Positions 53,567 to 62,068 of a DNA stretch of 64,000 nucleotides are shown piece after piece. Positions within the stretch are counted from its first letter, which is position 1; each line of letters opens with the position of its first letter. Under the pieces are notes generated by a model. That model saw only the letters and a list, made by a program, of their open reading frames with translations, was not told the origin of the DNA and made no database searches. Source of the stretch: a virus (Duplodnaviria > Caudoviricetes); IMG/VR virus record IMGVR_UViG_3300025012_000029, positions 137,145-201,144 of that record; one strand, written 5' to 3'. The translations under genes and the position numbers were made by a program.

Positions 53567-53691
53567 GACACGACAAACAGTTAAATCTTTACTTTAACCA
53601 CGCTAGGATAATTTCGTATTGTCAATACAGCCGTTTCCTTCATATACCCATCAGAAGGTTTACAATAATATTATTGATTTGCTCTCGTGTC
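53567..53691 (-). ncRNA. Candidate structured RNA, about 125 nt
   Basis: GACACGA/TCGTGTC closing stem extended by GCAAAT/GTTTGT; internal CCTTC/GAAGG and GTTAAA/TTTAAC hairpins. Confidence 0.45.
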
Positions 53692-53804
53692 GTAACAACA
53701 AATTAAGTATAAATATAAAATACTATCATAGTCACCTTTATGTCAATCCATTTTTCGAATTCCTTTTCAAGTTTTGAATACTTTGTCCTTTTACATTTAT
53801 AAAA

Positions 53805-53878
53805 TCTAGGTAGCAAGATTCGAACTTGCGGTCTTTTGTTCCCAAAACAAACGTGATACCAAGCTTCACCATACCTAG
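53805..53878 (-). tRNA. tRNA-Pro(TGG)
   Basis: TTTGT-TTTGGGA-ACAAA. Confidence 0.88.
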
Positions 53879-53921
53879 TCAAATAAAATATTCGAATCCG
53901 AAATCTAAACACAATTAAAAA

Positions 53922-53996
53922 TGGAACCGGAGAGAATTGAACTCTCGTTTCGACGGATTAAAAGTCCGCTGCAATGCCAACGTTTGCTACGATTCC
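53922..53996 (-). tRNA. tRNA-Lys(TTT)
   Basis: GCGGA-CTTTTAA-TCCGT. Confidence 0.88.
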
Positions 53997-54052
53997 GTAA
54001 TTTGCCAAATGGACAGTTTTGAATGGCAAGCCAATTAGCTATCCATCGGCAA

Positions 54053-54125
54053 TTGCCCCACAAAGACTCGAACTTTGACCAAAAGCTTCAAAGGCTTTCG
54101 TGCTTGCCAATTACACCATAGGGCA
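54053..54125 (-). tRNA. tRNA-Gln(TTG)
   Basis: AAAGC-CTTTGAA-GCTTT. Confidence 0.9.
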
Positions 54126-54178
54126 ATTGAAGCTCTTTAATTTATCATCCGCCAAAGAGCTTACGACATAAAGCGGGA

Positions 54179-54251
54179 TGCCCTTACTGGGAATCGAACC
54201 CGAGATTGAGAGTGTGAAAGACTCTTAGCCTAGCCATTAGCTGATAAGGGC
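54179..54251 (-). tRNA. tRNA-Glu(TTC)
   Basis: AGAGT-CTTTCAC-ACTCT. Confidence 0.88.
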
Positions 54252-54276
54252 ATAATTTTTGAACGCGTCAAAACAT

Positions 54277-54349
54277 AGCAATGCAAGAGACTCGAACTCT
54301 TACCTTTAGGTTGGAAGCCTAAAATGCTACCATTAAACACTAGCATTGC
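54277..54349 (-). tRNA. tRNA-Gly(TCC)
   Basis: TTAGG-CTTCCAA-CCTAA; U73. Confidence 0.88.
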
Positions 54350-54363
54350 ATTTGGCAATTATT

Positions 54364-54485
54364 CAATTGTCACAGACACAAACCCGCTGTTTTACCAAGG
54401 CCATTTTCCAAGCCTCAACCCTTTCGGCACAAGACGATAAACCGTCTCCGTGTCAGCTAAGTTGTCATTCCCCTAATCACAATTG
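54364..54485 (-). ncRNA. Candidate structured RNA, about 120 nt
   Basis: CAATTGT/ACAATTG closing stem, GACAC/GTGTC, GGAGACG/CGTCTT, CC-GAAA-GG, TTGAGGC/GCCTTGG. Confidence 0.5.
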
Positions 54486-54490
54486 ATTAA

Positions 54491-54519
54491 GGTTGAAAAG
54501 GCTTGAGCCTTTTCAATCC
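54491..54519. terminator. Strong hairpin (terminator or processing signal)
   Basis: GGTTGAAAAGGC-TTGA-GCCTTTTCAATCC. Confidence 0.55.
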
Positions 54520-54587
54520 GCCTGCATGGAATCGCACCATGCCGGGAGCTTTATAAGAACTCCTGAACCAACTAGGCCCACAGGCGG
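54517..54587 (-). tRNA. Atypical tRNA with TAT anticodon (Ile, AUA-reading)
   Basis: CCGCCTG/CAGGCGG acceptor; GGAGTT-CTTATAA-AGCTCC; 5-nt D-loop; T-loop TGCGATT. Confidence 0.6.
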
Positions 54588-54679
54588 TTATTTTCATCGT
54601 CCATTCACTTTACGCTTATTCTTTGTCTTTGTCAACTCCGGTAGAGCGTTTTTGATCTCTTTTCTCATTTTCTAAAAAC

Positions 54680-54708
54680 ATAATAACTCATCATCAAGAG
54701 TTTGTCAA
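54680..54708 (-). promoter_or_regulatory. Sigma70-like promoter at the head of the tRNA array
   Basis: TTGACA-17 nt-TATTAT. Confidence 0.7.
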
Positions 54709-54710
54709 CA

Positions 54711-54748
54711 CCCCCCGATCAACTTTTTTCACTTTTTTGATCGAGGGT
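54711..54748. terminator. Hairpin ending the upstream transcription unit
   Basis: CCCCCGATCAA...TTGATCGAGGG inverted repeat. Confidence 0.45.
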
Positions 54749-54949
54749 TTACCCTAATGTGGTGGGTTGGTATCTGTCTTCAAGACCAGTATTCAATGGG
54801 CTATCGCTAATGCGTTTAAAGGGCTCATGGGTTCGTTGCAATTGCCATAGTGTGGAAGAGGATATCGAAACGAAATAGAGTGCCAGAGCGCATCCTAGAG
54901 CGAATAAAGTCATAAGGGTTTCTACTTGTCCTACATTGGTATCCATATC

Positions 54950-55342
54950 TTATACTCTCCTATATAGTCTCTTAAGTGCGTCCACATCGCACAATGTCGC
55001 ATAACGTGTGAATTGTGTTACATTTGAAGAGTGAAGACTGCCTCTATTCCCACATTGTTCACACGTCCTGTAACTCAATTGTTCGGCAAAATGAATTGCT
55101 TTGTGAGTGAAATAGTCTCCTCCCTTTTTTGCTATATATAGTGTGCCGAATTTATTTTCAACATTTAGAATCGAAAAAGATAAATTTTGATCGATAACGT
55201 GAATATTGAGACACGAACATAAATCTTTTATGATTTGGAACCAACCTTCACTGATGAAAATTGGATAACAAACGTCTTTGAAAATTGCTGGATGTGATTC
55301 AAGAAGAGCGTCGATTGATACAGTTGATATGAATTTCATCAA
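54950..55342 (-). CDS. Conserved hypothetical phage protein
   Basis: EGWFQIIKDL...KFGTLYI...RTCEQCG. Confidence 0.7.
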   Translation of the reverse strand: MMKFISTVSIDALLESHPAIFKDVCYPIFISEGWFQIIKDLCSCLNIHVIDQNLSFSILNVENKFGTLYIAKKGGDYFTHKAIHFAEQLSYRTCEQCGNRGSLHSSNVTQFTRYATLCDVDALKRLYRRV

Positions 55343-55348
55343 CTATAA

Positions 55349-55588
55349 TTATGCTTCATTTATTTCAAATAGGAGAGAATCTTCTGATTTTGGATCGTAA
55401 TAAAGTGAACCATGATATGTTTGCTCGTTATATATTTTCTCTGCTTCCTCTCTTGAGACTTTCTCATCCGTCAATGTATACCATTTCATTTCCTCTTTGT
55501 CGAGAAACCGAACATGATACATTTTACTTTTTTCTGTCTTGGAATCAAGTTCTTGGTTCTGGTCTAAGTTCATACAATATCCTTTCAT
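55349..55588 (-). CDS. Hypothetical protein
   Basis: Small ORF. Confidence 0.5.
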   Translation of the reverse strand: MKGYCMNLDQNQELDSKTEKSKMYHVRFLDKEEMKWYTLTDEKVSREEAEKIYNEQTYHGSLYYDPKSEDSLLFEINEA

Positions 55589-55763
55589 TAAACTCTTTCA
55601 TAACTGCCGCAATCTCCTCATAAGGTAATCCCACAGGAAGACATCTGGCAAATCTACTGCTCAATTTATCATTACTTTTTATCATTGCCCAATTTGGCGT
55701 CTTCTCTTCCAGTTCGAAAAGAGTTTGTTCTAATAGTTTGTTTATTCTTTCTTGAGTTATCAT
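55545..55763 (-). CDS. Hypothetical protein
   Basis: Small ORF. Confidence 0.55.
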   Translation of the reverse strand: MITQERINKLLEQTLFELEEKTPNWAMIKSNDKLSSRFARCLPVGLPYEEIAAVMKEFNERILYELRPEPRT

Positions 55764-55797
55764 ATTTCATTTTTCCTTTATTCGAATAATTTTCATA

Positions 55798-57033
55798 TTA
55801 TCCTTTAACACAAAGGAGAGGAGACAATTTATGTACAATTTCTACTAAATCACTTTGAGCGGTCATAACAACATCAATATCTTTGTATGCCATAGGCGTT
55901 TCATCAATAACTTCTTTATCTTTACGACATTCTATATGTTTCGTTGCTTGGATATGATCATCTAATGTAAATTTTGCTTTAGCAGCAGTTCGTGACATTT
56001 TGCGGCCGGCACCATGAGAGCATGAGTGAAATGAATCATTGTTCCCCTGTCCACGCACAATAAAAGACTTCACTCCCATTGAACCTGGAATGATCCCTAA
56101 ATCATCTTTGCGCGCTCTTACAGCGCCTTTACGGGTTATCCAAACATTGCGTCCAAAGTGGTTCTCTCTAGCAATATAGTTATGATGACAATCGACTGTC
56201 ACTAGTTTTGACTCAAACTCATGCCCACCTAATCCTTCTTGGACTGATTTAATAACGTTTTCCATCATTATTTTTCTATTCCAAGAAGCAAAATGTTGAG
56301 CCCACTCTACTGCCTCAACATAATCATCAAAGTATTGAGAGCCTTCAGCCAGGTAGGCAAGATTCTTGTCTGGAAGATGAATAAACCATCGCTCCATTTC
56401 TTCTTTTGCTTTGTTGATAAAAAAATCACCTATTCTTGCCCCAACACCACGAGAACCAGAATGAAGCATGAACCAAACATAATCACTCTCGTCAAGACAA
56501 ATCTCAATGAAATGATTTCCTGTTCCGAGCGTTCCAAGATGTCCTATATTGTTTGACTTCTCAATGTGAGGATACTTCTCAACAATAGATTGAAATTTCG
56601 GTCCAAGTTCATTTCCCCAAATAGCAAGTACACGAGTAGGTGGATTTCCCCACGCTCCACAATCCCCACGTCCTCCATCTGCTGTGCGTCCATGTGGAAT
56701 TTCGCTCTCGACTCTAGAGCGAATATTCTTAAGATTATCTGGCAGATCTAATGCTCGTAATGATGTACGAACTGCCGTGATTCCACACCCCAAATCTACA
56801 CCAACAGCCGCAGGAATAATGGCTCCAACAGTTGGAATAACAGAACCTACGCAGGCACCATTTCCCCAATGGCAATCACTCATTACAGCAATGTGTTTAT
56901 GAATAAATGGAAGTTCTGACATCATTTTAAGTTGTTCTTTTGCGCCATCTTCCACTGGTACAGAACCATTCCCATCCCAAATTTTGATCGGAACTTTTGA
57001 TTTTTCACCTGTTATTGTTGAACAATTTGACAT
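55798..57033 (-). CDS. rtcB: RtcB RNA 2',3'-cyclic phosphate/3'-phosphate--5'-OH ligase
   Basis: VGVDLGCG, LGTLGTGNHFIE, LHSGSRG, CHHNY, PGSMG, SCSHGAGR, DETPMAYK. Confidence 0.96.
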   Translation of the reverse strand: MSNCSTITGEKSKVPIKIWDGNGSVPVEDGAKEQLKMMSELPFIHKHIAVMSDCHWGNGACVGSVIPTVGAIIPAAVGVDLGCGITAVRTSLRALDLPDNLKNIRSRVESEIPHGRTADGGRGDCGAWGNPPTRVLAIWGNELGPKFQSIVEKYPHIEKSNNIGHLGTLGTGNHFIEICLDESDYVWFMLHSGSRGVGARIGDFFINKAKEEMERWFIHLPDKNLAYLAEGSQYFDDYVEAVEWAQHFASWNRKIMMENVIKSVQEGLGGHEFESKLVTVDCHHNYIARENHFGRNVWITRKGAVRARKDDLGIIPGSMGVKSFIVRGQGNNDSFHSCSHGAGRKMSRTAAKAKFTLDDHIQATKHIECRKDKEVIDETPMAYKDIDVVMTAQSDLVEIVHKLSPLLCVKG

Positions 57034-57499
57034 TTAATTCCTTTTCTTTCTCTGTCAACCAATCAAATAATGGTTTATATCTTTTGCTGACAGGGTGTAT
57101 ATCTTGTGAAGCTTCATTGGTATCTACAAAATACCATCCTCTTCCGCCGTCAACAATTGGTTCATCAAATAAAACCAATCGTCCAGTTATTTCATCTTCT
57201 GTTGAAAATCTTTCTCGTAATTCAATTTCGCCAGGAACATCAATTCCAGTATCAATTGCTTCAAACACTGTTCCATATGATTTATCGACATCATAATGAT
57301 ATTCAGTGAAAAGATATTCTTGTTTAAATTTTTCCCTTATCCCAATAAATCCTTTTGCTTTGTTGTTCCAAACACCATAATTAAGATTTCTACATCGAAT
57401 TTTATACAATCTTCGATGTATACATTCATCAATCAATGGAAGATTATCGTTTCTCTTTATTTTGAATTTTTCTATCATAGAATAGTATTTAATAGGCAA
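57005..57499 (-). CDS. Conserved hypothetical phage protein
   Basis: YKIRCRNLNYGVW...FIGIREKF...LFTEYHYD. Confidence 0.65.
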   Translation of the reverse strand: MPIKYYSMIEKFKIKRNDNLPLIDECIHRRLYKIRCRNLNYGVWNNKAKGFIGIREKFKQEYLFTEYHYDVDKSYGTVFEAIDTGIDVPGEIELRERFSTEDEITGRLVLFDEPIVDGGRGWYFVDTNEASQDIHPVSKRYKPLFDWLTEKEKELNVKLFNNNR

Positions 57500-57581
57500 G
57501 ATATATTAATCTCCTTTTTTAGAACATATCCATATCAATCCCGCACCAATGAGAGGGATTGGAGCAAGAATAATTGCTAAA

Positions 57582-57899
57582 CTAACTATTGTTAGTTTCT
57601 TTGTTATCTTTTTTAAGATTTTCTTTGACTTCTTCAATATCATTTTTATCTGGAGGGTCTATCCAAAGAACCCTCGTTCTCCCTTCGTGTCCATGTAGAT
57701 GTTTTAGATTGTGGATTGAAGGAAACCAGGTTCCGCTTGAATATTGTGATGCCCAAGTTAAAGCAACCCATCCATTTTCAAATTCACATCCCTCGGCAAC
57801 AGTCCCAGTTCCACTGTTCCCATGTATATCTTCTTTTCGTTCTAAAACAAATCTGCGGGCGCTCATTGTATAATTACTCCTCAAATTATTAGAGAACAA
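57582..57899 (-). CDS. Conserved hypothetical phage protein
   Basis: RRFVLERKEDIHGNSGTGTVAEGCEFENGWVALTW...HGHEGRT. Confidence 0.75.
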   Translation of the reverse strand: MFSNNLRSNYTMSARRFVLERKEDIHGNSGTGTVAEGCEFENGWVALTWASQYSSGTWFPSIHNLKHLHGHEGRTRVLWIDPPDKNDIEEVKENLKKDNKETNNS

Positions 57900-58365
57900 T
57901 TCCCTTTTTCTTTGCCCAATAGCGTTTCGCCACTTCTCGCATTCTTTCTTTTCTTCGAAGAGCGTCCTCTGGAGACATATTATAGCGTCTTTTCCCAGAA
58001 GATGGAGTTTTCTCTTTGTTAGAAAGAGGAATTTGTTCTTTCTTAGAAAATTCTAGCTTCTTTTTTGAAGACTTTTCCTTCTTTGGATAAAGTTCCGGAT
58101 CTACTACAAGTCTTTTTCTCCATCCTATGTCCGGGCGCCCAAATTTCTTTTCAGAAAGAGGAATAAATTTCCCACAAACAACGTCCTTCAAATCTCCATT
58201 TGAAGAATAGAGATAATACATACATCGCTGACCGAAACCTTGCTCCCATGCCTCGAATGTAAGAATATCAGTATCTTGGATATCCTCAAATTGAATGTTG
58301 CCCATCTTCATAATTCTGTCTTGATATTCAGATACCATATTTATTTTCTCCTTGTCAAAAGCCAA
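57889..58365 (-). CDS. Hypothetical protein with basic C-terminal tail
   Basis: ORF in operon. Confidence 0.6.
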   Translation of the reverse strand: MAFDKEKINMVSEYQDRIMKMGNIQFEDIQDTDILTFEAWEQGFGQRCMYYLYSSNGDLKDVVCGKFIPLSEKKFGRPDIGWRKRLVVDPELYPKKEKSSKKKLEFSKKEQIPLSNKEKTPSSGKRRYNMSPEDALRRKERMREVAKRYWAKKKGIVL

Positions 58366-58856
58366 ACAACAACTTTTGTATGTTTATAGAACATGTCAAG
58401 TATGTCTTTTTCCTTTAACCATGAATTAGATTCGTTTTCAAACACATTGTGTCCAAGCCATCGCGACTTATTTATCTCTGTGAAAAGAGCAATATGTTCC
58501 TCATAAGAACATCCTTTTGTTTTATCTTGAGTGTCATACGAATATGAGATTAAGGCCGCGCCGCCTTTCTTAATATGTTCCCTGACAGAAAAGTGCCAAG
58601 GATTTCTTGGCTTTTTGACGATCAAGTAGTCAGAAAGATTATCTCTCAAAACTCTGTCAATGTTTCCATATGAAGTACCTTCTTCAGAAGAACGTGACTC
58701 CAAAACAATACGAGTATAATCGCGCCTGATTGTAAGGTTTTTGCCTGCCCATTTACCAGCATTAATGATGGCAGTTGGCGCGCATGTAGTTTCATGTGGC
58801 TGAATGACGTAGCGAGGCATATTTCCTTTATCCAATCGCACCACTTGCGAGCGCAT
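58341..58856 (-). CDS. C39-like papain-fold peptidase
   Basis: QPHETTCAPTAIIN (Q..C) and EEHIAL. Confidence 0.65.
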   Translation of the reverse strand: MRSQVVRLDKGNMPRYVIQPHETTCAPTAIINAGKWAGKNLTIRRDYTRIVLESRSSEEGTSYGNIDRVLRDNLSDYLIVKKPRNPWHFSVREHIKKGGAALISYSYDTQDKTKGCSYEEHIALFTEINKSRWLGHNVFENESNSWLKEKDILDMFYKHTKVVVWLLTRRK

Positions 58857-59103
58857 CTTCGAAAGAATACTTCATTTCATTGCCTTCGAGGCAATCACTA
58901 TATCCATCAATCCAATGCTTATTGCTACCGCCAAGACGAAGATGCTCTGAAAGATTATCGTCTGTCCAAGCCCATCCATATCGTTCCTTGTCGGTTCGAG
59001 CACACTCATATCCAGAGAGGTATCGAACCACAGCATCTTGTTGTTTCGTTTTCTTCATTTTTTCCATTTTATCTCCGTTTTCAATTGTCATTGTGCTTGA
59101 CAT
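58828..59103 (-). CDS. Hypothetical protein
   Basis: ORF in operon. Confidence 0.5.
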   Translation of the reverse strand: MSSTMTIENGDKMEKMKKTKQQDAVVRYLSGYECARTDKERYGWAWTDDNLSEHLRLGGSNKHWIDGYSDCLEGNEMKYSFEDALASGAIG

Positions 59104-59177
59104 GTTTCTATAATCTCACAATTGAATAATAATAACAATTAGCAGAAACCCTAATCATGTCGATTTCCTTGGAAACC

Positions 59178-59366
59178 CTACAATAGTTCAATATCTAGTG
59201 TTTCAGCTTCGCACTTTGGATCACCTTTAATTGGTCGACCCAAAACAATACGAATGCCAGGATAGTCAAGTGCCGTCTTTTTACATACACCTACATGTGG
59301 CTCAATGTCGCCCGTATTATCATATTCAGTGTTGAAATCAAATTCATCGAATTCAATCATCTTCAT
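59178..59366 (-). CDS. Hypothetical protein
   Basis: Small ORF. Confidence 0.45.
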   Translation of the reverse strand: MKMIEFDEFDFNTEYDNTGDIEPHVGVCKKTALDYPGIRIVLGRPIKGDPKCEAETLDIELL

Positions 59367-59441
59367 ATTGTTAATATCTCATATCTCAAGAAAAATAACA
59401 ATACTGAACAAAACACTGAACAGTCGATTTCGTGAAAACCA

Positions 59442-59666
59442 TTATCTTGTGTGTGTTTTTCTAGGAATACGCTCCCACATGTTACACTGTAAGAAATTTT
59501 TTAAGTTTTTGAATCGCAATTGAATATATTTTTTACCTACACGAAATGTCGGAACAAAAAGCGTACAAGAGGATTCTTCTTTGTTTATTTTAACTATTAA
59601 ATAAATATTCAGAATGTTTCGAAATAAATCTCCAACTCTGAAGTCACATTGTTCTGTCATCGACAT
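59442..59666 (-). CDS. Hypothetical protein
   Basis: FRVGDLF...YLIVKI SH3-like start. Confidence 0.5.
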   Translation of the reverse strand: MSMTEQCDFRVGDLFRNILNIYLIVKINKEESSCTLFVPTFRVGKKYIQLRFKNLKNFLQCNMWERIPRKTHTR

Positions 59667-60721
59667 ATATTAATCACATTCTTTTCAAATTGCTCGTTTA
59701 TGTCTACTGCTTCTAAATCAAATATTTGTCCAATGTCATCAAAATCATTACTCTCTACTACGAAACCAATAAAATGTATGTCTTTATACAGTAAAGACAC
59801 TTGAGATTCTGTTATTGAATTTTGTGTTTGTCCGTCCTCATCAGCAAACAATAAAACATATCTAGCGGCATCTTTTGTCCAGTCAAATTGAATTCTATTT
59901 GTCGCAATATCATAAAGAATATCATAACTCAATTCTGTTGCTCCATGAGACGCATCAATTTCATCTGCCGCAAGAATTAAATCATTAAATTCACAAGAAC
60001 GCAAAGGATATGTTGGATCTAATCCATGACACTTGACGTTGGGACCATATATATCTCCATTTGTTAGAGGCAAATCAAACAACCAAATTTTGTAGAAATT
60101 TGTATCTAAAACAGAAGCTGAAAGTAATGTTGTTTTAATATCGAGCATATATTGCCCCATCGATCCAGATCTGTCAACTATTAATATAATGTCATAACGT
60201 CGATCTTCATCTGGTTCCGTCGAATCATCTATTATTCCATTACAATCATTGTCAATAAGATCTGCACATATATCACGTGAACCAGGCAATATTTGTCCTT
60301 CACATTTCCAATGTCCTCGCTTACACATCTTGATGCCGGCTCTGCATGGTGGATGAATTGCTGTTTCAGGTATGCCTTCGTAGCAAAGTTCTAAAGGAGC
60401 ATCGACGAGATTATCTATTTTACCATCACAATCATTATCTCTATAATCACATGCTTCTAGTGTTGGATAAACAGCTCCAACACAAATAACATTTTCTGAT
60501 TTACATACAAAGGTGCCCAAATCACAAGATCCAGTAGATGTTTTCGCAACAGCTCCATTCCAATCGCAATGCTTTCCAAGCAAAGTATAATCAGAATTTT
60601 GGAAACAAGGAACAGGCACTTTGTGCAGATTCGAATCATCTGAACAAGAATTCAATATAGCTATCAAAATTATATTAAATCGTTTTACATTTATGTTGTT
60701 TGAAAATTTTTCCTTCACCAT
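59657..60721 (-). CDS. Exported protein with Cys-rich MopE-like metal-binding repeats and a vWA domain
   Basis: EACDYRDNDCDGKID, DICADLIDNDCNGIID; IVDRSGSM MIDAS; LFADEDGQ. Confidence 0.8.
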   Translation of the reverse strand: MVKEKFSNNINVKRFNIILIAILNSCSDDSNLHKVPVPCFQNSDYTLLGKHCDWNGAVAKTSTGSCDLGTFVCKSENVICVGAVYPTLEACDYRDNDCDGKIDNLVDAPLELCYEGIPETAIHPPCRAGIKMCKRGHWKCEGQILPGSRDICADLIDNDCNGIIDDSTEPDEDRRYDIILIVDRSGSMGQYMLDIKTTLLSASVLDTNFYKIWLFDLPLTNGDIYGPNVKCHGLDPTYPLRSCEFNDLILAADEIDASHGATELSYDILYDIATNRIQFDWTKDAARYVLLFADEDGQTQNSITESQVSLLYKDIHFIGFVVESNDFDDIGQIFDLEAVDINEQFEKNVINICR

Positions 60722-60923
60722 TTTTTATCATATCCTTAATATTGTTTTCAGAAATGTGCCAGTATTTTCCTTTTTTTGATGAGTTGATAAGCTTAATAAC
60801 AAAGATGTTATCTTCTCCATTCATATATGTTGAACTCACAAATCCAACAACTTTTATTGTTGCTACATTGTCAACATACATATCGCCTATTTCTAAGAAA
60901 TTTTTTTGTCCTGAAATTAACAT
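60675..60923 (-). CDS. Hypothetical protein
   Basis: Small ORF. Confidence 0.5.
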   Translation of the reverse strand: MLISGQKNFLEIGDMYVDNVATIKVVGFVSSTYMNGEDNIFVIKLINSSKKGKYWHISENNIKDMIKNGEGKIFKQHKCKTI

Positions 60924-61264
60924 TTATTTGGAATCTTTTTAGATATTACTCGATAGTTTCTTTCGATTAAAATACTTTGTAATTCTTGTTCAACAATATT
61001 GCCAGTTTTGAGAGGAAGTTTAATCCAAGTGTGGCCTATGTTTCTGTATGTATAAATCCATGTTTCAATATAAGGAATCATATTCTTTCTGTCAAACTCT
61101 TCCCTAGATAAATATCGTTTCGAACATAACAAAATAACAATGTCTGAGTGAGATTGTCCTGGAAAATATAATGCCAAACCTGGATCTTTTTTTATAAAAA
61201 TAAGATCCCCTTCATTGAAGGCAGAAATTGTTCTCATTGAATGAGGGTTATATTTGACAGTCAT
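60917..61264 (-). CDS. Hypothetical protein
   Basis: ORF in operon. Confidence 0.55.
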   Translation of the reverse strand: MTVKYNPHSMRTISAFNEGDLIFIKKDPGLALYFPGQSHSDIVILLCSKRYLSREEFDRKNMIPYIETWIYTYRNIGHTWIKLPLKTGNIVEQELQSILIERNYRVISKKIPNKC

Positions 61265-61823
61265 ATTTTATATTTTTTCTCTTGATAATGTCCACCCTGC
61301 TAGGGAAATCAAAAACTTTCATATATTTCAACTCTTCAATGTTTCTAAAACTCAAACTAATTTTCCTAGAACATGAATGAGCAAAAAACGTACAATCACA
61401 ATCATATTGATTTAAACAACGAAGCATATCATTGTTAATTTTTGTTATTAGCAATGGCATTCCATCAATGATTAACAAATCTCCTACACCAAGTTTTATT
61501 TTTTTTCTTTCATTCCAAAGCGAATCATTTTCCTGCTTATATATTTTGATTAGTTTTTGTTTTAGACAATATAACAAATAGTCTTCTTCGTATTCAAAAA
61601 TTTCCTTTATCTTAGGAAAAGAACATGTATATGTTGTTGTAAGATATCCATCTATACATGGCTTTGGCTGTTTTTTAGTATGATTGCCCCAATAATCAAT
61701 GGGCTCAGTTGGAAGACAATCTCGCTTGTTTAAAATTCTACCTATTCCAATTTTCTCGTCTAGGGTATCAATAAGCATACCAATTGAATATAGTGTCATC
61801 TCGACTTCTCCACCCATGAACAA
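61248..61823 (-). CDS. Hypothetical protein
   Basis: ORF in operon. Confidence 0.55.
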   Translation of the reverse strand: MFMGGEVEMTLYSIGMLIDTLDEKIGIGRILNKRDCLPTEPIDYWGNHTKKQPKPCIDGYLTTTYTCSFPKIKEIFEYEEDYLLYCLKQKLIKIYKQENDSLWNERKKIKLGVGDLLIIDGMPLLITKINNDMLRCLNQYDCDCTFFAHSCSRKISLSFRNIEELKYMKVFDFPSRVDIIKRKNIKYDCQI

Positions 61824-62068
61824 GTTCCTTTTGATAGGTTATCGCACATCATTTTATATGCTTCTGTTTTAGATTCAATAGGTTTCTTTGTTATTGTTTG
61901 TCCTTTGCGAAAGCAAAGGACAGCATGACATCGCTTTCCTTCAACATACCAAAATTTTGATCCATTAGCACGTTCAACTGCTGGTCCATCGAGACGATGG
62001 AGTTGACCTTGTTTGTTGCGCCAGACTTTGTTTCCGCTTGTTTCAGTTGTCATTGAGACAGCGAACAT
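61796..62068 (-). CDS. Hypothetical protein with one LHRxDGPA repeat
   Basis: WRNKQGQLHRLDGPAVERANGSKFWYVEG. Confidence 0.65.
   Translation of the reverse strand: MFAVSMTTETSGNKVWRNKQGQLHRLDGPAVERANGSKFWYVEGKRCHAVLCFRKGQTITKKPIESKTEAYKMMCDNLSKGTCSWVEKSR
61807..61938. repeat. 132-bp direct repeat, copy 1; copy 2 at 63869..64000, cut by the window end
   Basis: Near-identical sequence at an offset of 2062 bp. Confidence 0.9.

Noticed and set aside
54001-54165. Inverted repeats in spacers between the Lys, Gln and Glu tRNAs
   Set aside because: Short single hairpins, plausible processing spacers; too little structure to call ncRNAs
54749-54946. 65-aa ORF upstream of the array promoter
   Set aside because: No motif and atypical composition; cannot be supported as coding
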